64,000 bases of DNA from Alphaproteobacteria bacterium (GTDB lineage: Bacteria; Pseudomonadota; Alphaproteobacteria; Micavibrionales; Micavibrionaceae). The translations under genes were made by a program, and so were the position numbers. The stretch lies in the NCBI GenBank assembly GCA_024275825.1, contig JAJRYK010000020.1:181861-245860 (forward strand). Reading direction: 5' to 3'. Positions 9,190-19,835 of this stretch are shown piece after piece; position 1 is the stretch's first letter, and each line of letters opens with the position of its first letter. The notes under the pieces were generated by a model. The model saw only the letters and a list, made by a program, of their open reading frames with translations. It was not told the origin of the DNA and did no database searches.

Positions 9190-10959
9190 ATGACAAGCCA
9201 GCAAACATCATCCAAAGACAAACTGCAAGCCCTGCGCGCGCAAATGGTGGCCTGCGGCGTGGATGCGTTTCTTATCCCGCGTGCAGATGAGTATCAGGGC
9301 GAGTTTGTCGCCCCCTATGCGGCGCGGCTGAAATGGCTGACGGGTTTTGCCGGCTCGGCAGGGGTAGCGATTATTGCGGCTAAAATCGCTGCTGTGCTCA
9401 CCGATTCTCGATATTTAATTCAGGTGCAGGATCAAATTGACGACGCGTTGTATAGCGCCGTGGATATAACGAAAACTCCTGCAGCGGACTGGCTGGCTGA
9501 AAATCTGGAGGCCGGGCAGGTGATCGGCTTTGATCCATGGCTTCATACGCCAAAGCAGATTGATGATCTTGAGGATAAGGGGCTTACGCTTAAATCTGTG
9601 CCAAATTTGGTTGATGAAATCTGGCGCGATCAGCCGCCGCGCCCCTGCGCGCAGGTTGAGATTTTTCCAGAGCGCGTGGCGGGCACTTCATCGGCGGATA
9701 AATGTGCGCAGCTGGCGGCGGGGCTGCGCGCGGAAAAGCTCGATCATTTTATTTTTACGCTGCCTGATTCTATTTGCTGGTTGCTGAATATTCGCGGGGA
9801 CGATGTTGGGTGTAGCCCACTTGCGCTTTCATATGCTGCGCTGGATTGTAACGGCACAGTGCGCTGGTTTATTGCGCCGGATAAGGTTTCAGCAGGGGTT
9901 AAGGGCGCGCTTGGCGATATGGTTGAAATTATCGCGCCGGAGGATATGGAGAGCCATCTGGTCAGGCTTTCGCAGCAAGCGGTGGGGCTGGATTTTAAGC
10001 ATAGTCCATTGTGGTTTAAAGAGGCGCTAGAGCGCGGCGGGGCAAAGGTTGCGGACCTGAAAGATCCATCGATTGCGCCCAAGGCCCTTAAGGCCCCGGC
10101 GGAGCAAGCGGCGATCGAGCGCGCGCATATTCAAGATGGTGCGGCCCTTGTGAATTTTCTACACTGGCTCGATACGCACGATGATCACGGCGCACTTACG
10201 GAGCTCGATATTGTGCAAAAGCTAGAGGCCTGCCGCCGGGATGGCGTGCCCTATCGCGGTAACAGCTTTCCGACCATTTCCGGCTATGGCGCAAATGGCG
10301 CAATCGTGCATTACCGCGCATCGGAAGAGACAAATATAGCGCTCCAGCCGCCCGGATTTCTACTGCTTGATAGTGGTGGTCAATATGGCGCTGGTGATGT
10401 TTGGGGCACAACAGATATTACGCGCACGATGGTCATTGGCGAAGTCTCGCCGGAGATGAAGCGCCATTTCACGCTGGTGCTGAAGGGACACATTGCGCTG
10501 GCATCTGCGCGCTTTAAGGCTGGCACATTAGGCAAAGAGATAGATGCGCTCGCGCGTGGATTTTTGCAGGCCGAGGGGTTGGATTATGCGCACGGCACTG
10601 GCCACGGGGTGGGCTGTTACCTCGCGGTGCATGAGGAAGCCGCCAGCATCTCGCCAAAGGGCGAAGTCGCGCTGGAGGCCGGCATGTTGATTTCTAATGA
10701 GCCGGGCTATTATCAGGAGGGCTCTCACGGCATTCGCACAGAAAACCTTGTGCTGGTATGCGCGGCGGATGATGGTATGTTGTTTTTTGAAACTGTTAGT
10801 TTCGCACCAATCGATGTAAGTGCCATTGATATGTCGTTGTTAGATGCGGCGGAGAGGGCGTGGCTCAACGTCTATCATGAGCAGGTGCGCGAAAAGCTAC
10901 ATGCGCTGTTGTCTGAAGAGTGCGCAGCGTGGCTCACCGAAAAGACGCGGACGATTTAA
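9190..10959 (+). CDS. pepP: Xaa-Pro aminopeptidase (M24B, aminopeptidase P family)
   Basis: 589 aa. The C-terminal M24 fold has the metal ligands HGTGHGVG and ISNEPGYY. Confidence 0.85.
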   Translation: MTSQQTSSKDKLQALRAQMVACGVDAFLIPRADEYQGEFVAPYAARLKWLTGFAGSAGVAIIAAKIAAVLTDSRYLIQVQDQIDDALYSAVDITKTPAADWLAENLEAGQVIGFDPWLHTPKQIDDLEDKGLTLKSVPNLVDEIWRDQPPRPCAQVEIFPERVAGTSSADKCAQLAAGLRAEKLDHFIFTLPDSICWLLNIRGDDVGCSPLALSYAALDCNGTVRWFIAPDKVSAGVKGALGDMVEIIAPEDMESHLVRLSQQAVGLDFKHSPLWFKEALERGGAKVADLKDPSIAPKALKAPAEQAAIERAHIQDGAALVNFLHWLDTHDDHGALTELDIVQKLEACRRDGVPYRGNSFPTISGYGANGAIVHYRASEETNIALQPPGFLLLDSGGQYGAGDVWGTTDITRTMVIGEVSPEMKRHFTLVLKGHIALASARFKAGTLGKEIDALARGFLQAEGLDYAHGTGHGVGCYLAVHEEAASISPKGEVALEAGMLISNEPGYYQEGSHGIRTENLVLVCAADDGMLFFETVSFAPIDVSAIDMSLLDAAERAWLNVYHEQVREKLHALLSEECAAWLTEKTRTI

Positions 10960-11038
10960 ATTTGCAACATTTGCCCAAGAAAAAAACCGCCAAGATTGCT
11001 CCAGCGGTTTTGCTCATCATATAAAGTAATCGCGAACG

Positions 11039-11239
11039 TTAACTATCTTGGCGACGTTTGCGGTCCATTTTGCGGACACGACGAATAGACTCAGCCTCTT
11101 CGCGCGCTTTTCTTTCGGATGGTTTTTCGTAGTGACGACGAAGCTTCATTTCGCGGAAGATTCCTTCGCGCTGCATTTTCTTCTTCAGGACCTTAAGGGC
11201 CTGCTCTACATTACCATCTCTGACACTTACACTAACCAA
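11039..11239 (-). CDS. rpsU: 30S ribosomal protein S21
   Basis: [41 protein letters not shown] is a typical S21. The ORF opens at 11257, but a TTG at 11239 preceded by AAAGGGGTGA (SD-like) gives the canonical length. Confidence 0.9.
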   Translation of the reverse strand: MVSVSVRDGNVEQALKVLKKKMQREGIFREMKLRRHYEKPSERKAREEAESIRRVRKMDRKRRQDS

Positions 11240-11523
11240 AGTGCTCACCCCTTTCAAAAGGTATAAAGTTAAAAACAGCGTTCTTCTTAGGCGTTACCAC
11301 CCAACAATACAAGTGAAAACTGTCGATATCTTCTTATTTTATGGGTTTTTCCTAATTTTTACAAACTTTGCTCCTGTGGATGGATTTGTGCGCTGCATCT
11401 AGGTTTGCCCGCACGCGTGTGTCAGGCTTTTTATGTAAGAGGCTGAAATGCATTAAAAAACAAGCCTTATTCAATAAAAACCGCCTATTTTCGGGCGTCT
11501 TCAACAGGAGAGGACTAACCATC

Positions 11524-12204
11524 ATGAAAAAAGAAATAGCAGAATTTATAGGCACATTTACGCTTGTGCTGTTCGGGTGCGGCGCGGCCGTGCTTGGCGG
11601 CGTTGGTGTTTTGGGGGTGGCGCTGGCCTTTGGTCTGGCGTTGATCGCTGTGGCCTATTCCATCGGGCCAATATCCGGCTGTCACATTAACCCGGCGGTC
11701 AGCTTCGGCATGTTCATATCCGGGCGGATGACCCTTAACGAGTTTATTCGCTACGCCGTGGCGCAGTGTCTGGGGGCAATCGTCGGCGCGTTTGTGCTGT
11801 TGACCATTGCGAAGGGCCAGCTCGGCGGGTTTGATGTCGCAAGCGTTGGGCTTGGCCAAAATGGCTGGGGCGAGGGCTTCATGGGCGGATACGGTATGCA
11901 GGCCGCCTTCACCTTCGAATTCATTGCAACGGCGCTGTTCGTGATGGTGATCCTGGGCGTAACCGGCAAAAAAAGCGGGGCGGGCAATGTGGCCGGTCTG
12001 GCGATTGGCCTGACGCTCGTGGTTATTCACATCGTTGGCATAAATGTCACAGGCGTATCCGTAAACCCCGCCAGAGCGTTAGGCCCGGCGGTATTCGTTG
12101 GCGGCGAGGCGATGAGCCAGCTCTGGCTGTTCTTCATCGCGTCATTCGCCGGTGCATTGTTCGCAGGTGTATTGTCCAAAATGGGCTGGTTCGACGCCGA
12201 TTAG
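11524..12204 (+). CDS. aqpZ: Aquaporin Z
   Basis: MKKEIAEFIGTFTLVLFGCG start preceded by an AGGAGAGG SD. Two NPA boxes (HINPAVS, VNPARA). Confidence 0.9.
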   Translation: MKKEIAEFIGTFTLVLFGCGAAVLGGVGVLGVALAFGLALIAVAYSIGPISGCHINPAVSFGMFISGRMTLNEFIRYAVAQCLGAIVGAFVLLTIAKGQLGGFDVASVGLGQNGWGEGFMGGYGMQAAFTFEFIATALFVMVILGVTGKKSGAGNVAGLAIGLTLVVIHIVGINVTGVSVNPARALGPAVFVGGEAMSQLWLFFIASFAGALFAGVLSKMGWFDAD

Positions 12205-12327
12205 AGCATCTCGTTTCGCTGTGGACGTCGTTAAACAGTGGCTCACGTATAAGAATACGCTTCACCACCGTTTGCCTAGCCACATCAAAACGATCTTGCT
12301 CTACTCTATAGGGCATTAAATAAAGGA

Positions 12328-12356
12328 AAGGCGGCTTTAACTGGCCGCCTTTTTTT
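12328..12356 (+). terminator. Rho-independent terminator after aqpZ (it overlaps the 3' end of the convergent yejF)
   Basis: 8-bp stem AAGGCGGC/GCCGCCTT with an 8-nt loop, followed by TTTTTTT. Confidence 0.6.
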
Positions 12357-13962
12357 GTGTTTTCAAATTCAGCGCCGCCTCAAGCAAGCGCTTGGTGTAG
12401 TCTTCCTTCGGATTTGCGAAAATCTCTGCCGCCGGGCCGGCCTCTACGACTTTGCCGTTTTGCATGACGATTAAATCATGAGCCATGGCGCGGATAACGC
12501 GCAGATCGTGGCTGATGAACATATAGGACAGGGCGCGCTTTTCTTGTAAATCGCGCAGGAGGTCAATGATTTGCGCCTGTACGGAGAGATCAAGCGCGCT
12601 TGTCGGCTCGTCCAGCACAATGAATTTGGGCGCAAGCACGATGGCGCGCGCGATAGAGATTCGCTGGCGCTGGCCGCCGGAAAACTCATGCGGATAGCGG
12701 TGGCGCGTGTCCGGGTCCATGCCAACATCGTGTAAAGCCTCGATCACTAAGGCTTCACGATCGGTTTTTGAGAGGCTCTTGCGGTGAATTTCCAGCCCTT
12801 CGCCAATAATTTGTGCGACGCTCATACGCGGGGAGAGCGCGCCGAACGGGTCTTGAAACACGATTTGCATATCCTCGCGCAGGGGCAGCATTGCCTTGCG
12901 GTTATAGGCGCTGATATCCCGGCCTTCGAATGTGATCGTGCCCTGCGCGCTTAGAAGTTTCAGCAGCCCCAGCCCCAATGTTGTCTTGCCGGAGCCGGAT
13001 TCGCCAACCACGCCAATTGTTTGCCCCTTTTTAGCGACAATGTCGATATTATCAACCGCCTTGACCCAATTGATGGGCTTACCAAAGATGTTTTTTGTTT
13101 TGGCGAAGTGAATTTTGATGTTTGCGCCCTGCACAATCACCGGCGCATCGGGGATGGCGGGCAGCGCATCGCCCTTGGGCTGCGCGTTTAAGAGCATTTT
13201 CGTATAATCATGCTCTGGTTTTGTAAACAAATCGGCGCAGGGCTTTTGTTCAACAATCTTTCCGGCCTGCATCACGCAGACATGATCGGCCATTTTCTCA
13301 ACGATTGTAAGGTCATGAGTAATCAGCAGCAGCGCCATGTTCAGGCGCGTCTTTAAGTCTTGCAGCAGCTCCAAAATCTGTGCCTGAATGGTGACATCCA
13401 GCGCGGTTGTCGGCTCATCGGCGATCAGCAGCTCCGGGTTATTGGCCAGCGCGATGGCGATCATCACGCGCTGTCTTTGCCCGCCGGACAGCTCGTGCGG
13501 ATAGGCGCTCATGCGATCTTTTAGCCCCTCCAGCCCGACAAGCTCCATCAGCTCTACCACGCGATCAGCCGCTTGTGTCTTGCTCATATTTTGATGCAGA
13601 AACAGCACTTCGCTGATTTGTTTTTCAATGGTGTGGAGCGGGTTTAGCGCGGTTTGCGGTTCCTGAAAAATCATCCCGATTTGCTGGCCGCGCACGGTGC
13701 GCATAAAGCTCTCACCCTTGCCAATCAGCTCCTCACCTTCGAACAGGATAGAGCTTTGCGGGCCATGAGTGGCGTGCGGATAGGGCAAAAGCTGCATCAC
13801 CGAAAGCGCGCTGACAGACTTGCCAGAGCCACTCTCCCCGACGAGCGCAACGGTTTGCCCTTTATCAATCGTAAAGGACACATCATCAACAGCGCGGAAC
13901 AGTCCATCCTGCGTTCTAAAGTCGACAGAGAGGTTTTGGATTTTGAGAAGCGTGTCAGCCAT
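12337..13962 (-). CDS. yejF: Fused-duplicate ABC ATPase of the YejABEF-type peptide/microcin C importer
   Basis: Two ATPase halves, each with Walker A ([16 protein letters not shown]) and signature LSGGQRQR. 541 aa. Confidence 0.85.
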   Translation of the reverse strand: MADTLLKIQNLSVDFRTQDGLFRAVDDVSFTIDKGQTVALVGESGSGKSVSALSVMQLLPYPHATHGPQSSILFEGEELIGKGESFMRTVRGQQIGMIFQEPQTALNPLHTIEKQISEVLFLHQNMSKTQAADRVVELMELVGLEGLKDRMSAYPHELSGGQRQRVMIAIALANNPELLIADEPTTALDVTIQAQILELLQDLKTRLNMALLLITHDLTIVEKMADHVCVMQAGKIVEQKPCADLFTKPEHDYTKMLLNAQPKGDALPAIPDAPVIVQGANIKIHFAKTKNIFGKPINWVKAVDNIDIVAKKGQTIGVVGESGSGKTTLGLGLLKLLSAQGTITFEGRDISAYNRKAMLPLREDMQIVFQDPFGALSPRMSVAQIIGEGLEIHRKSLSKTDREALVIEALHDVGMDPDTRHRYPHEFSGGQRQRISIARAIVLAPKFIVLDEPTSALDLSVQAQIIDLLRDLQEKRALSYMFISHDLRVIRAMAHDLIVMQNGKVVEAGPAAEIFANPKEDYTKRLLEAALNLKTQKKAAS

Positions 13963-15283
13963 TTCTGTTTTTTACAGCATTTTTGACTGATAAAACAGAG
14001 AAGATGTCGTCTGTGATTTTGCTCTCCACAGCCTGCATATCTGCAAGGTCTAGCTCATCAAGCTTACAGCCCTTATCCTCGGCCATCTTTACGATTGCGC
14101 CGGTGACGTGGTGGGCGTTGCGGAAGGGAAGAGCGAGTGTCATGACCAGCCAATCGGCCAGTGCGGTGGCGGTGGTGAAGCCTAGCTCGGCGGATTCCAG
14201 CATGCGCTCTGTGTTGAAACTTGCGCTTTCCAGCATGCCGTTCATGGCCTCAAGACACAAAACCAGCGTGTCATAGCTGTCAAAAACCGGCTCCTTATCT
14301 TCTTGTTGGTCCTTATTATAGGCCAGCGGCAGGCCCTTCATCACGGTCATTAGAGTAATGAGGTTGCCGTTTAAGCGGCCAGTTTTACCGCGTACAAGCT
14401 CCGCCGCATCCGGATTTTTCTTTTGCGGCATGATCGAACTGCCGGTGCTCCATTGATCGTTGAGCTGGATAAAGCCAAATTGCGGCGTGGCCCACAGGAC
14501 GATTTCTTCAGCCAGACGAGAGAGATGCAGCCCGGTTTGGGCGCAGCAGAACAGAAATTCATTGGCAAAATCGCGCGCGCTGACCGCATCCAGCGTGTTG
14601 GGCATCGGGCGATCAAAGCCCAGCTTTTGAGCGGTGAAATTGCGGTCAATCGGATAGGGCGTGCCGGCAAGCGCGGCCGCGCCAAGCGGGCATTCATTAA
14701 GGCGTTTGGTGCAATCCTCAAACCGGCTTTTATCGCGCGCCAGCATTTGGGCGTAGGCATCAAGATGCGTGCCGAGCGTGATGGGTTGGGCGGCCTGTAG
14801 GTGTGTAAAGCCGGGCATGATATCGCTGGCGTGTTTTGAGCTTAAGGTCGCGATTGTGGCTTGCAGGGACTCTATTTTAGCGACTAAGTCGCTATTTGCG
14901 CCTCTTGTCCACATACGGAAATCTGTTGCGACTTGGTCATTACGGCTGCGCGCGGTGTGGAGCTTGCCGGCTGTCTCGCCGATAATGTCTTTCAAACGCG
15001 CTTCCACGTTCATGTGGATGTCTTCGAGCGCGGCGGAGAATGTGAATGTGCCGGCCTCTATCTCGCTAGCGACCTGATCCAGCCCTTCGAGGATTTTTTG
15101 ACCATCTGCGGTGGGGATGATCTCTTGCTTGACCAGCATCTCGCAATGCGCCTTTGACCCGTCAATATCTTGCCGCCAAAACCGGCGGTCAATATCGATG
15201 GAGGCATTGATCTGCTCCATAATGTCAGACGGTTTTTCCTCAAACCGCCCGCCCCACATTTCGTTTGATTTTTCTTTGCTCAT
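13955..15283 (-). CDS. argH: Argininosuccinate lyase
   Basis: MWGGRFEEKPSDIM N-terminus and the fumarate-lyase signature GSSIMPQKKNPDAAE. Its stop overlaps the yejF start by 8 nt. Confidence 0.92.
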   Translation of the reverse strand: MSKEKSNEMWGGRFEEKPSDIMEQINASIDIDRRFWRQDIDGSKAHCEMLVKQEIIPTADGQKILEGLDQVASEIEAGTFTFSAALEDIHMNVEARLKDIIGETAGKLHTARSRNDQVATDFRMWTRGANSDLVAKIESLQATIATLSSKHASDIMPGFTHLQAAQPITLGTHLDAYAQMLARDKSRFEDCTKRLNECPLGAAALAGTPYPIDRNFTAQKLGFDRPMPNTLDAVSARDFANEFLFCCAQTGLHLSRLAEEIVLWATPQFGFIQLNDQWSTGSSIMPQKKNPDAAELVRGKTGRLNGNLITLMTVMKGLPLAYNKDQQEDKEPVFDSYDTLVLCLEAMNGMLESASFNTERMLESAELGFTTATALADWLVMTLALPFRNAHHVTGAIVKMAEDKGCKLDELDLADMQAVESKITDDIFSVLSVKNAVKNRNG

Positions 15284-15321
15284 GCGTTGTTTTTAAACGA
15301 AGGGGGGCGGGTTTTCTAGCG

Positions 15322-16338
15322 TTATTTTACTTCAATGCCAGGAATGCCCGGTGGCGCGGATTCTACGCCCGCTGCCGCAGGATCTAGCCCGTAATGGATG
15401 GCCAGCACCAGCCCAACGGATACGCCAAGCCCCACCATCATTTTAACAAAGTCCTTGCCGATCAGCGGAAAGACATAGCCCAGATGATATTTCTCGCGAT
15501 AAGTCGTGGCAATGGCCAGTTCTCGCCCGGTTAAAAGCCCGACAAACACCCATGTTGTGGACATGGGGATATCGTTCATTTCTTTGAAATAAATCAACAG
15601 GAAGGCATAGATGATATCAATGATCGTGGCAGAGCGCATAAAGCGCGTGCCGGATTTTTCAAGCACAATGGCTTGAATCTTCCCGCCGTGATTGTAGAAA
15701 ATTACGCCCAGCCATGCCACTAAAACAGCGACAACGCCCGCCAGCATCTCTACCGGCAGCTCTCGCGGCAGGAAGACCGCAATATTGGCCATATCGTGTG
15801 AAAGCCATGAATACCAAAGGAAACCGGTCGATCCCCATTGTAATATCCGCCAGCGCACGCGGTGCTCTTTTTTCACCTTATCGTATTTTTCATTGATAAA
15901 GCGTGAAATTACCATCCATAAAACATAAGCAACCACAGCGGCTAGGCCGTATCCCATCACGCTTTTGACTAAAACTTTCTCGAGCACAACGGTTGAGGCA
16001 AAGGTGGACAGCACAAGGAATGTCGTGGAAACCGGAATGCCAAACCGCGTGAGCAGCACAAGGAAAAGCGGCGCGGCGGCGTGATACCACTGTACCTGCT
16101 GATACGGAATTTTCGCCAGACGGCCATAGGATATATCCCCGCCATTAACATGCCACCCATGAACCAGCGTAAAGATAAGCACCGCGCTCGCCGCCAGCCA
16201 GAGCCAGTACCATTTGAACACTTTAATGTTCGAGGCAATAAACGTGCCCAGCGTCTGAACCGAATCATTTCCGATCACCGCATATGCGGCAAGCATAAAG
16301 CCAATAAGGGCGTAGAGCGTGTGAATATCCATAGGCAT
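15322..16338 (-). CDS. PiT-family inorganic phosphate (or sulfate) permease-like membrane protein
   Basis: Polytopic membrane protein. The N-terminal GNDSVQTLGTF resembles the PiT GANDVAN motif. The start is uncertain (ORF opens at 16356). Confidence 0.55.
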   Translation of the reverse strand: MPMDIHTLYALIGFMLAAYAVIGNDSVQTLGTFIASNIKVFKWYWLWLAASAVLIFTLVHGWHVNGGDISYGRLAKIPYQQVQWYHAAAPLFLVLLTRFGIPVSTTFLVLSTFASTVVLEKVLVKSVMGYGLAAVVAYVLWMVISRFINEKYDKVKKEHRVRWRILQWGSTGFLWYSWLSHDMANIAVFLPRELPVEMLAGVVAVLVAWLGVIFYNHGGKIQAIVLEKSGTRFMRSATIIDIIYAFLLIYFKEMNDIPMSTTWVFVGLLTGRELAIATTYREKYHLGYVFPLIGKDFVKMMVGLGVSVGLVLAIHYGLDPAAAGVESAPPGIPGIEVK

Positions 16339-16494
16339 AGGTGAGCCCTTTTTCAATCGTTTTTGTTGCCGCGAACTTAGTAATTAGTGCGCGTAAAGTA
16401 AAGCTAAATCCTGCAGTTTTTTGCACAATTTATTGGTGTGTTTATTGGTGTATTTTGAGCGATGGTTTGAGTCCGTTACAGTCTATTTTAAATA

Positions 16495-17206
16495 GGCTCT
16501 AGACTAGCATTTTTTTAAGTTCTCTGTTTAAAGTATCAAAATCTTTGTTCCACCGCCACTCACATTCTTTCAGGTGCAGCTCAAAATTTGCTTTCACACC
16601 GTTAAACTTTGCCAATCGGCGTTTTGTGAATGACCAGAAGCTTTCGATGCCGTTGATATGAACGCCATTGCGAACATATTTTGTCTCGCCCTCAATGGTT
16701 TTTCTAATGCGTAAATGCTTGTCAAAACCAACGTCGACTAGCCCGTTATACCCTCGCCAACCATCGCTCACAATGACGGCATCTAACGAGACCTGTCCAC
16801 GTATAACCCGCTGTAGAGTTCGTTTTTTAGCATCCGGTATGATTTCGGTATAGACCCTGCCGCCGCGTTCGAAAATACCGAAAACCGGTTGCTTGGTTGT
16901 GCCGCGCCCACGCTTCAATTTCTTGTGCGTTCCACGCGGACGGCTTCGGCCAAAGTAACTTTCATCAACTTCAACCGTGCCTGCGAAATCATCCTTTCGC
17001 TCCTCCTGCCAAGCAAAAATTGCTTGTCGAAAGGCGCTATAGTAGCGGTTCATTGTGTTACGATTCATGCCGGTGAGTAAAGCAGCCTGGGTCGCTGTGA
17101 CATCTGCACAGAATATACGCATTATTTTTTCTTGATGGTATTGGCCTAAGCCATTCTTTTTATTCATTTTTCTAAACTAACAAATCTATATTGCTAGTCT
17201 AGAGCC
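16495..17206 (-). mobile_element. IS1595-family (IS1016-like) insertion sequence, 712 bp, with perfect 15-bp terminal inverted repeats and a 7-bp target duplication
   Basis: IRL GGCTCTAGACTAGCA (16495-16509) is the exact reverse complement of IRR (17192-17206). TTAAATA is present on both flanks (16488-16494 and 17207-17213). Confidence 0.9.
16499..17167 (-). CDS. IS1595-family DDE transposase
   Basis: 222 aa with VEVDESYFG, IVSDGWRGY and HINGIESFWSFTKRRLAKFNG, typical of IS1016/ISXO2-like transposases. Confidence 0.9.
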   Translation of the reverse strand: MNKKNGLGQYHQEKIMRIFCADVTATQAALLTGMNRNTMNRYYSAFRQAIFAWQEERKDDFAGTVEVDESYFGRSRPRGTHKKLKRGRGTTKQPVFGIFERGGRVYTEIIPDAKKRTLQRVIRGQVSLDAVIVSDGWRGYNGLVDVGFDKHLRIRKTIEGETKYVRNGVHINGIESFWSFTKRRLAKFNGVKANFELHLKECEWRWNKDFDTLNRELKKMLV

Positions 17207-17345
17207 TTAAATAAAATGATCTTACTTTTTAATGTTTGTTAAATTTCACCACGGAGACACGGAGAAACTGGAGTCTCAGCATTCTTTATAAACCCTGTTT
17301 CTCCGCGCCTCCGTGGTAAAAATAAAACACAAGAACATTATAAAA
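17207..17345. repeat. Palindromic intergenic element, CACGGAG-hairpin family (copy 1, abutting the IS)
   Basis: The left arm TTAAATAAAATGATCTTAC...CCACGGAGACACGGAGAAAC pairs with GTTTCTCCGCGCCTCCGTGG. The left end is near-identical to the copy at 19836. Confidence 0.8.
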
Positions 17346-17376
17346 AATTGAATCAATTTATAATAGACAGGCTATA

Positions 17377-18621
17377 TTATGCCGGTCTCTCTTTTAACGT
17401 TGGCGCTTTGCCGCGCACCTTTGTGTTGTTTTTCAAGCGCACAGCGTTTATTTTGATGAAGCCGTCCGCATCTTTTTGGTCGTATCCGCCTTCCTCATCC
17501 ATCGAGGATTGCACCGGGTCGTAAAGCGCGTTGGGGGATGTGCGGGCGATGGGGTAGGCGCAGCCCTTATAGAGTTGAAGCCGCACTTCGCCGTTCGTGG
17601 TTTCCTGCGCCTTGTCCATGAAGCACATCAGAAGCTCGAATTCAGGGGAAAACCAGAAGCCGTTATAGATGAGCTCCGCAACTTCTAGCGACATTGTATC
17701 TCTTAGCTTCATAACTTCGCGGTCCATTGTCAAACCTTCGAGGTCGCGGTGGGCGTTGTGAAGAATAACGCCGCCCGGAGTCTCGTACACGCCGCGGGAT
17801 TTAATGCCCACAAAGCGGTTTTCGACCATATCCAAACGGCCAATGCCGTGGCGCGTGCCGAGGCGGTTAAGCTCTTCAAACACAGCCAGATCGCCGGTCA
17901 CGGCCTTGCCGCCGCTCTCGATTTTTACGGGAATGCCCTGCGCGAATGTGAGGGTGATGATCTCCGCCTCATCCGGCCAGTCGGCGGGGGTGGAGGTGCG
18001 GGAATATACATCCTCATCACATGGCGCGTTCGGATCTTCCAAAATGCCCGCCTCGTGGCTGATATGCAGGAGGTTATCATCCTCTGAATACGGCTTTTTG
18101 CGTGTGGCGGTGACGGGAATGCCGTGCTGATCAGCGTAGTTCAGCATATCGCTGCGCCCTTCGAAACGTGAGAGGAAGCTCTCCATCTTCCAGGGCGCCA
18201 GCACCTTGATATCGGGGTTTAGCGCATAATAGCTCAGCTCAAAACGGACCTGATCATTGCCCTTTCCCGTTGCGCCGTGGGAGACATATTGCGCGCCTTC
18301 GCTTTGCGCAATCTCAATCTGGCGCTTGGCAATGATGGGCCGCGCAACAGAGGTGCCCAGCAGGTAGCGCCCCTCGTAAACAGCCTGCGATTTAAAGGCC
18401 GGATAGATATAATCGCGCACGAACTCTTCCTTAAGGTCCTCGATAAACACCTTGGCTGCACCGATATTGAGCGCCTTTTCCTCCGCCGCCTTAAAATCCT
18501 CTTCCTGCCCCACATCGGCGATATAGGCAATCACCTCATACCCTTCTTCGATAAACCATTTCAAAATAACCGATGTATCCAGACCGCCGGAATAGGCGAG
18601 TACAATTTTTTCTTTACTCAT
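17377..18621 (-). CDS. argG: Argininosuccinate synthase
   Basis: [12 protein letters not shown]-terminal ATP-binding motif. 414 aa, type I ArgG. Confidence 0.93.
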   Translation of the reverse strand: MSKEKIVLAYSGGLDTSVILKWFIEEGYEVIAYIADVGQEEDFKAAEEKALNIGAAKVFIEDLKEEFVRDYIYPAFKSQAVYEGRYLLGTSVARPIIAKRQIEIAQSEGAQYVSHGATGKGNDQVRFELSYYALNPDIKVLAPWKMESFLSRFEGRSDMLNYADQHGIPVTATRKKPYSEDDNLLHISHEAGILEDPNAPCDEDVYSRTSTPADWPDEAEIITLTFAQGIPVKIESGGKAVTGDLAVFEELNRLGTRHGIGRLDMVENRFVGIKSRGVYETPGGVILHNAHRDLEGLTMDREVMKLRDTMSLEVAELIYNGFWFSPEFELLMCFMDKAQETTNGEVRLQLYKGCAYPIARTSPNALYDPVQSSMDEEGGYDQKDADGFIKINAVRLKNNTKVRGKAPTLKERPA

Positions 18622-18643
18622 TTTTAATGTCCTTTTCTGTTTT

Positions 18644-18776
18644 TAACCGCGGATATACGCTGATTTTTTAGAGGTAACGAAGTTTCGAAGATACGAAGTT
18701 TTTAAAATATTTTTTTCGAATCTTCGAATCTTCGTTACAAAAACAGTATTTTTTATCTGCGCTTATCAGCGTTTAT
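18644..18776. repeat. Palindromic intergenic element (24-bp inner stem; ends related to the element at 24830)
   Basis: GTAACGAAGTTTCGAAGATACGAA (18674-18697) pairs with TTCGAATCTTCGAATCTTCGTTAC (18715-18738), 22/24. The outer ends TTAACCGC... and ...ATCTGCGCTTATCAGCG resemble the 24830 element termini. Confidence 0.75.
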
Positions 18777-19404
18777 CTGTGGTTTCTAATTTCTCTTCTT
18801 TCTTACGGCCAAACAGCCCAAATATAAATCCAAAAACGCGCCCCGCGCCGCGCCATATTTTTGGCAGCAGCCAGATCATTAACAGGATAAACAAGCCCAG
18901 CAGGCACAGGAATATCCATGGATGGGTGAGGGCGATCCAAACCCCGCCAATCACCACGATGTCTTCTGTAAGGGAGGCCAGCCAGTTTGTAAAGGGCTCT
19001 GGCGAAGTGTTAATCATAACGCGCGTCCCGGCCTTGGCGGTGTGGGATGCGGTGGCCAGCCCGCCGCCGATCAGCGCCGCGCTCAGCTCAACCACCGGCC
19101 CCATCCCTTCGGCCGCGCCGTACGCCATGGCCACAGCGGCGGGAATGCGGATAAAGGTGTGCAGCCCGTCCCACGCTGTATCAGCGCCGGGCGTTTTATC
19201 AACAAAAAACTCAACCATAAACATAAGGCCCGCGGCGATCATCACCATGGGGTGCGCAACGTAATCAATCCCCTCCGGCAAGACAACCGCGCCGGAGGCA
19301 TGCATCACCCCCATCACCAGCAGCGTCGCATAAAGATTAATCCCGCTCGCCCAGCTAACGCCCAGCGCGGTAGAGATTTGTGCAATGGTGGCTTCGGGAG
19401 TCAT
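18766..19404 (-). CDS. DUF4126-like integral membrane protein
   Basis: 212 aa, multi-TM, N-terminus STALGVSWASGINLYATLLVMGVM. The family assignment is from memory and was not searched. Confidence 0.5.
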   Translation of the reverse strand: MTPEATIAQISTALGVSWASGINLYATLLVMGVMHASGAVVLPEGIDYVAHPMVMIAAGLMFMVEFFVDKTPGADTAWDGLHTFIRIPAAVAMAYGAAEGMGPVVELSAALIGGGLATASHTAKAGTRVMINTSPEPFTNWLASLTEDIVVIGGVWIALTHPWIFLCLLGLFILLMIWLLPKIWRGAGRVFGFIFGLFGRKKEEKLETTDKR

Positions 19405-19793
19405 GCTACGCTTCCTTTTTGCAGGGTAATGGCATCCATAGAAACATTGTAGCCTTTGCGGATTTTGTTAACCTGTAACACACCGCGTGCAGGCTTATGT
19501 TTACCCATAAAATTCACATAATGCAAATTCATTTCATCCCACAGACTGATATCTGAAACATAAATAGTAACGCGCATTATTGTGTCTAAATCCCCGCTGC
19601 CTGCGCGGATGACAGCGGCGATGTTTTCTAGCACCTGAAGCGTTTGCTGCTCGATTGATCCTTTTGGTTTTTCCGGGTTGGCCGGATCAATGGGCAGTTG
19701 GGTGGCCGTAAAAATCATACCATTGCCAATTGTCCCTTGGCTGTAATGGCCGAGAGCTTCGGGGGCTTGATTTGTTTTTATGTGCTCAATCAT
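19401..19793 (-). CDS. ridA: RidA/YjgF-family reactive-intermediate deaminase
   Basis: 130 aa with APEALGHYSQG, RVTIYVSD and KPARGVLQV, the family hallmarks. Confidence 0.85.
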   Translation of the reverse strand: MIEHIKTNQAPEALGHYSQGTIGNGMIFTATQLPIDPANPEKPKGSIEQQTLQVLENIAAVIRAGSGDLDTIMRVTIYVSDISLWDEMNLHYVNFMGKHKPARGVLQVNKIRKGYNVSMDAITLQKGSVA

Positions 19794-19835
19794 TGCGGCG
19801 CTTTCTTATATTTGTTGTGGCTTATATAGCTGATT

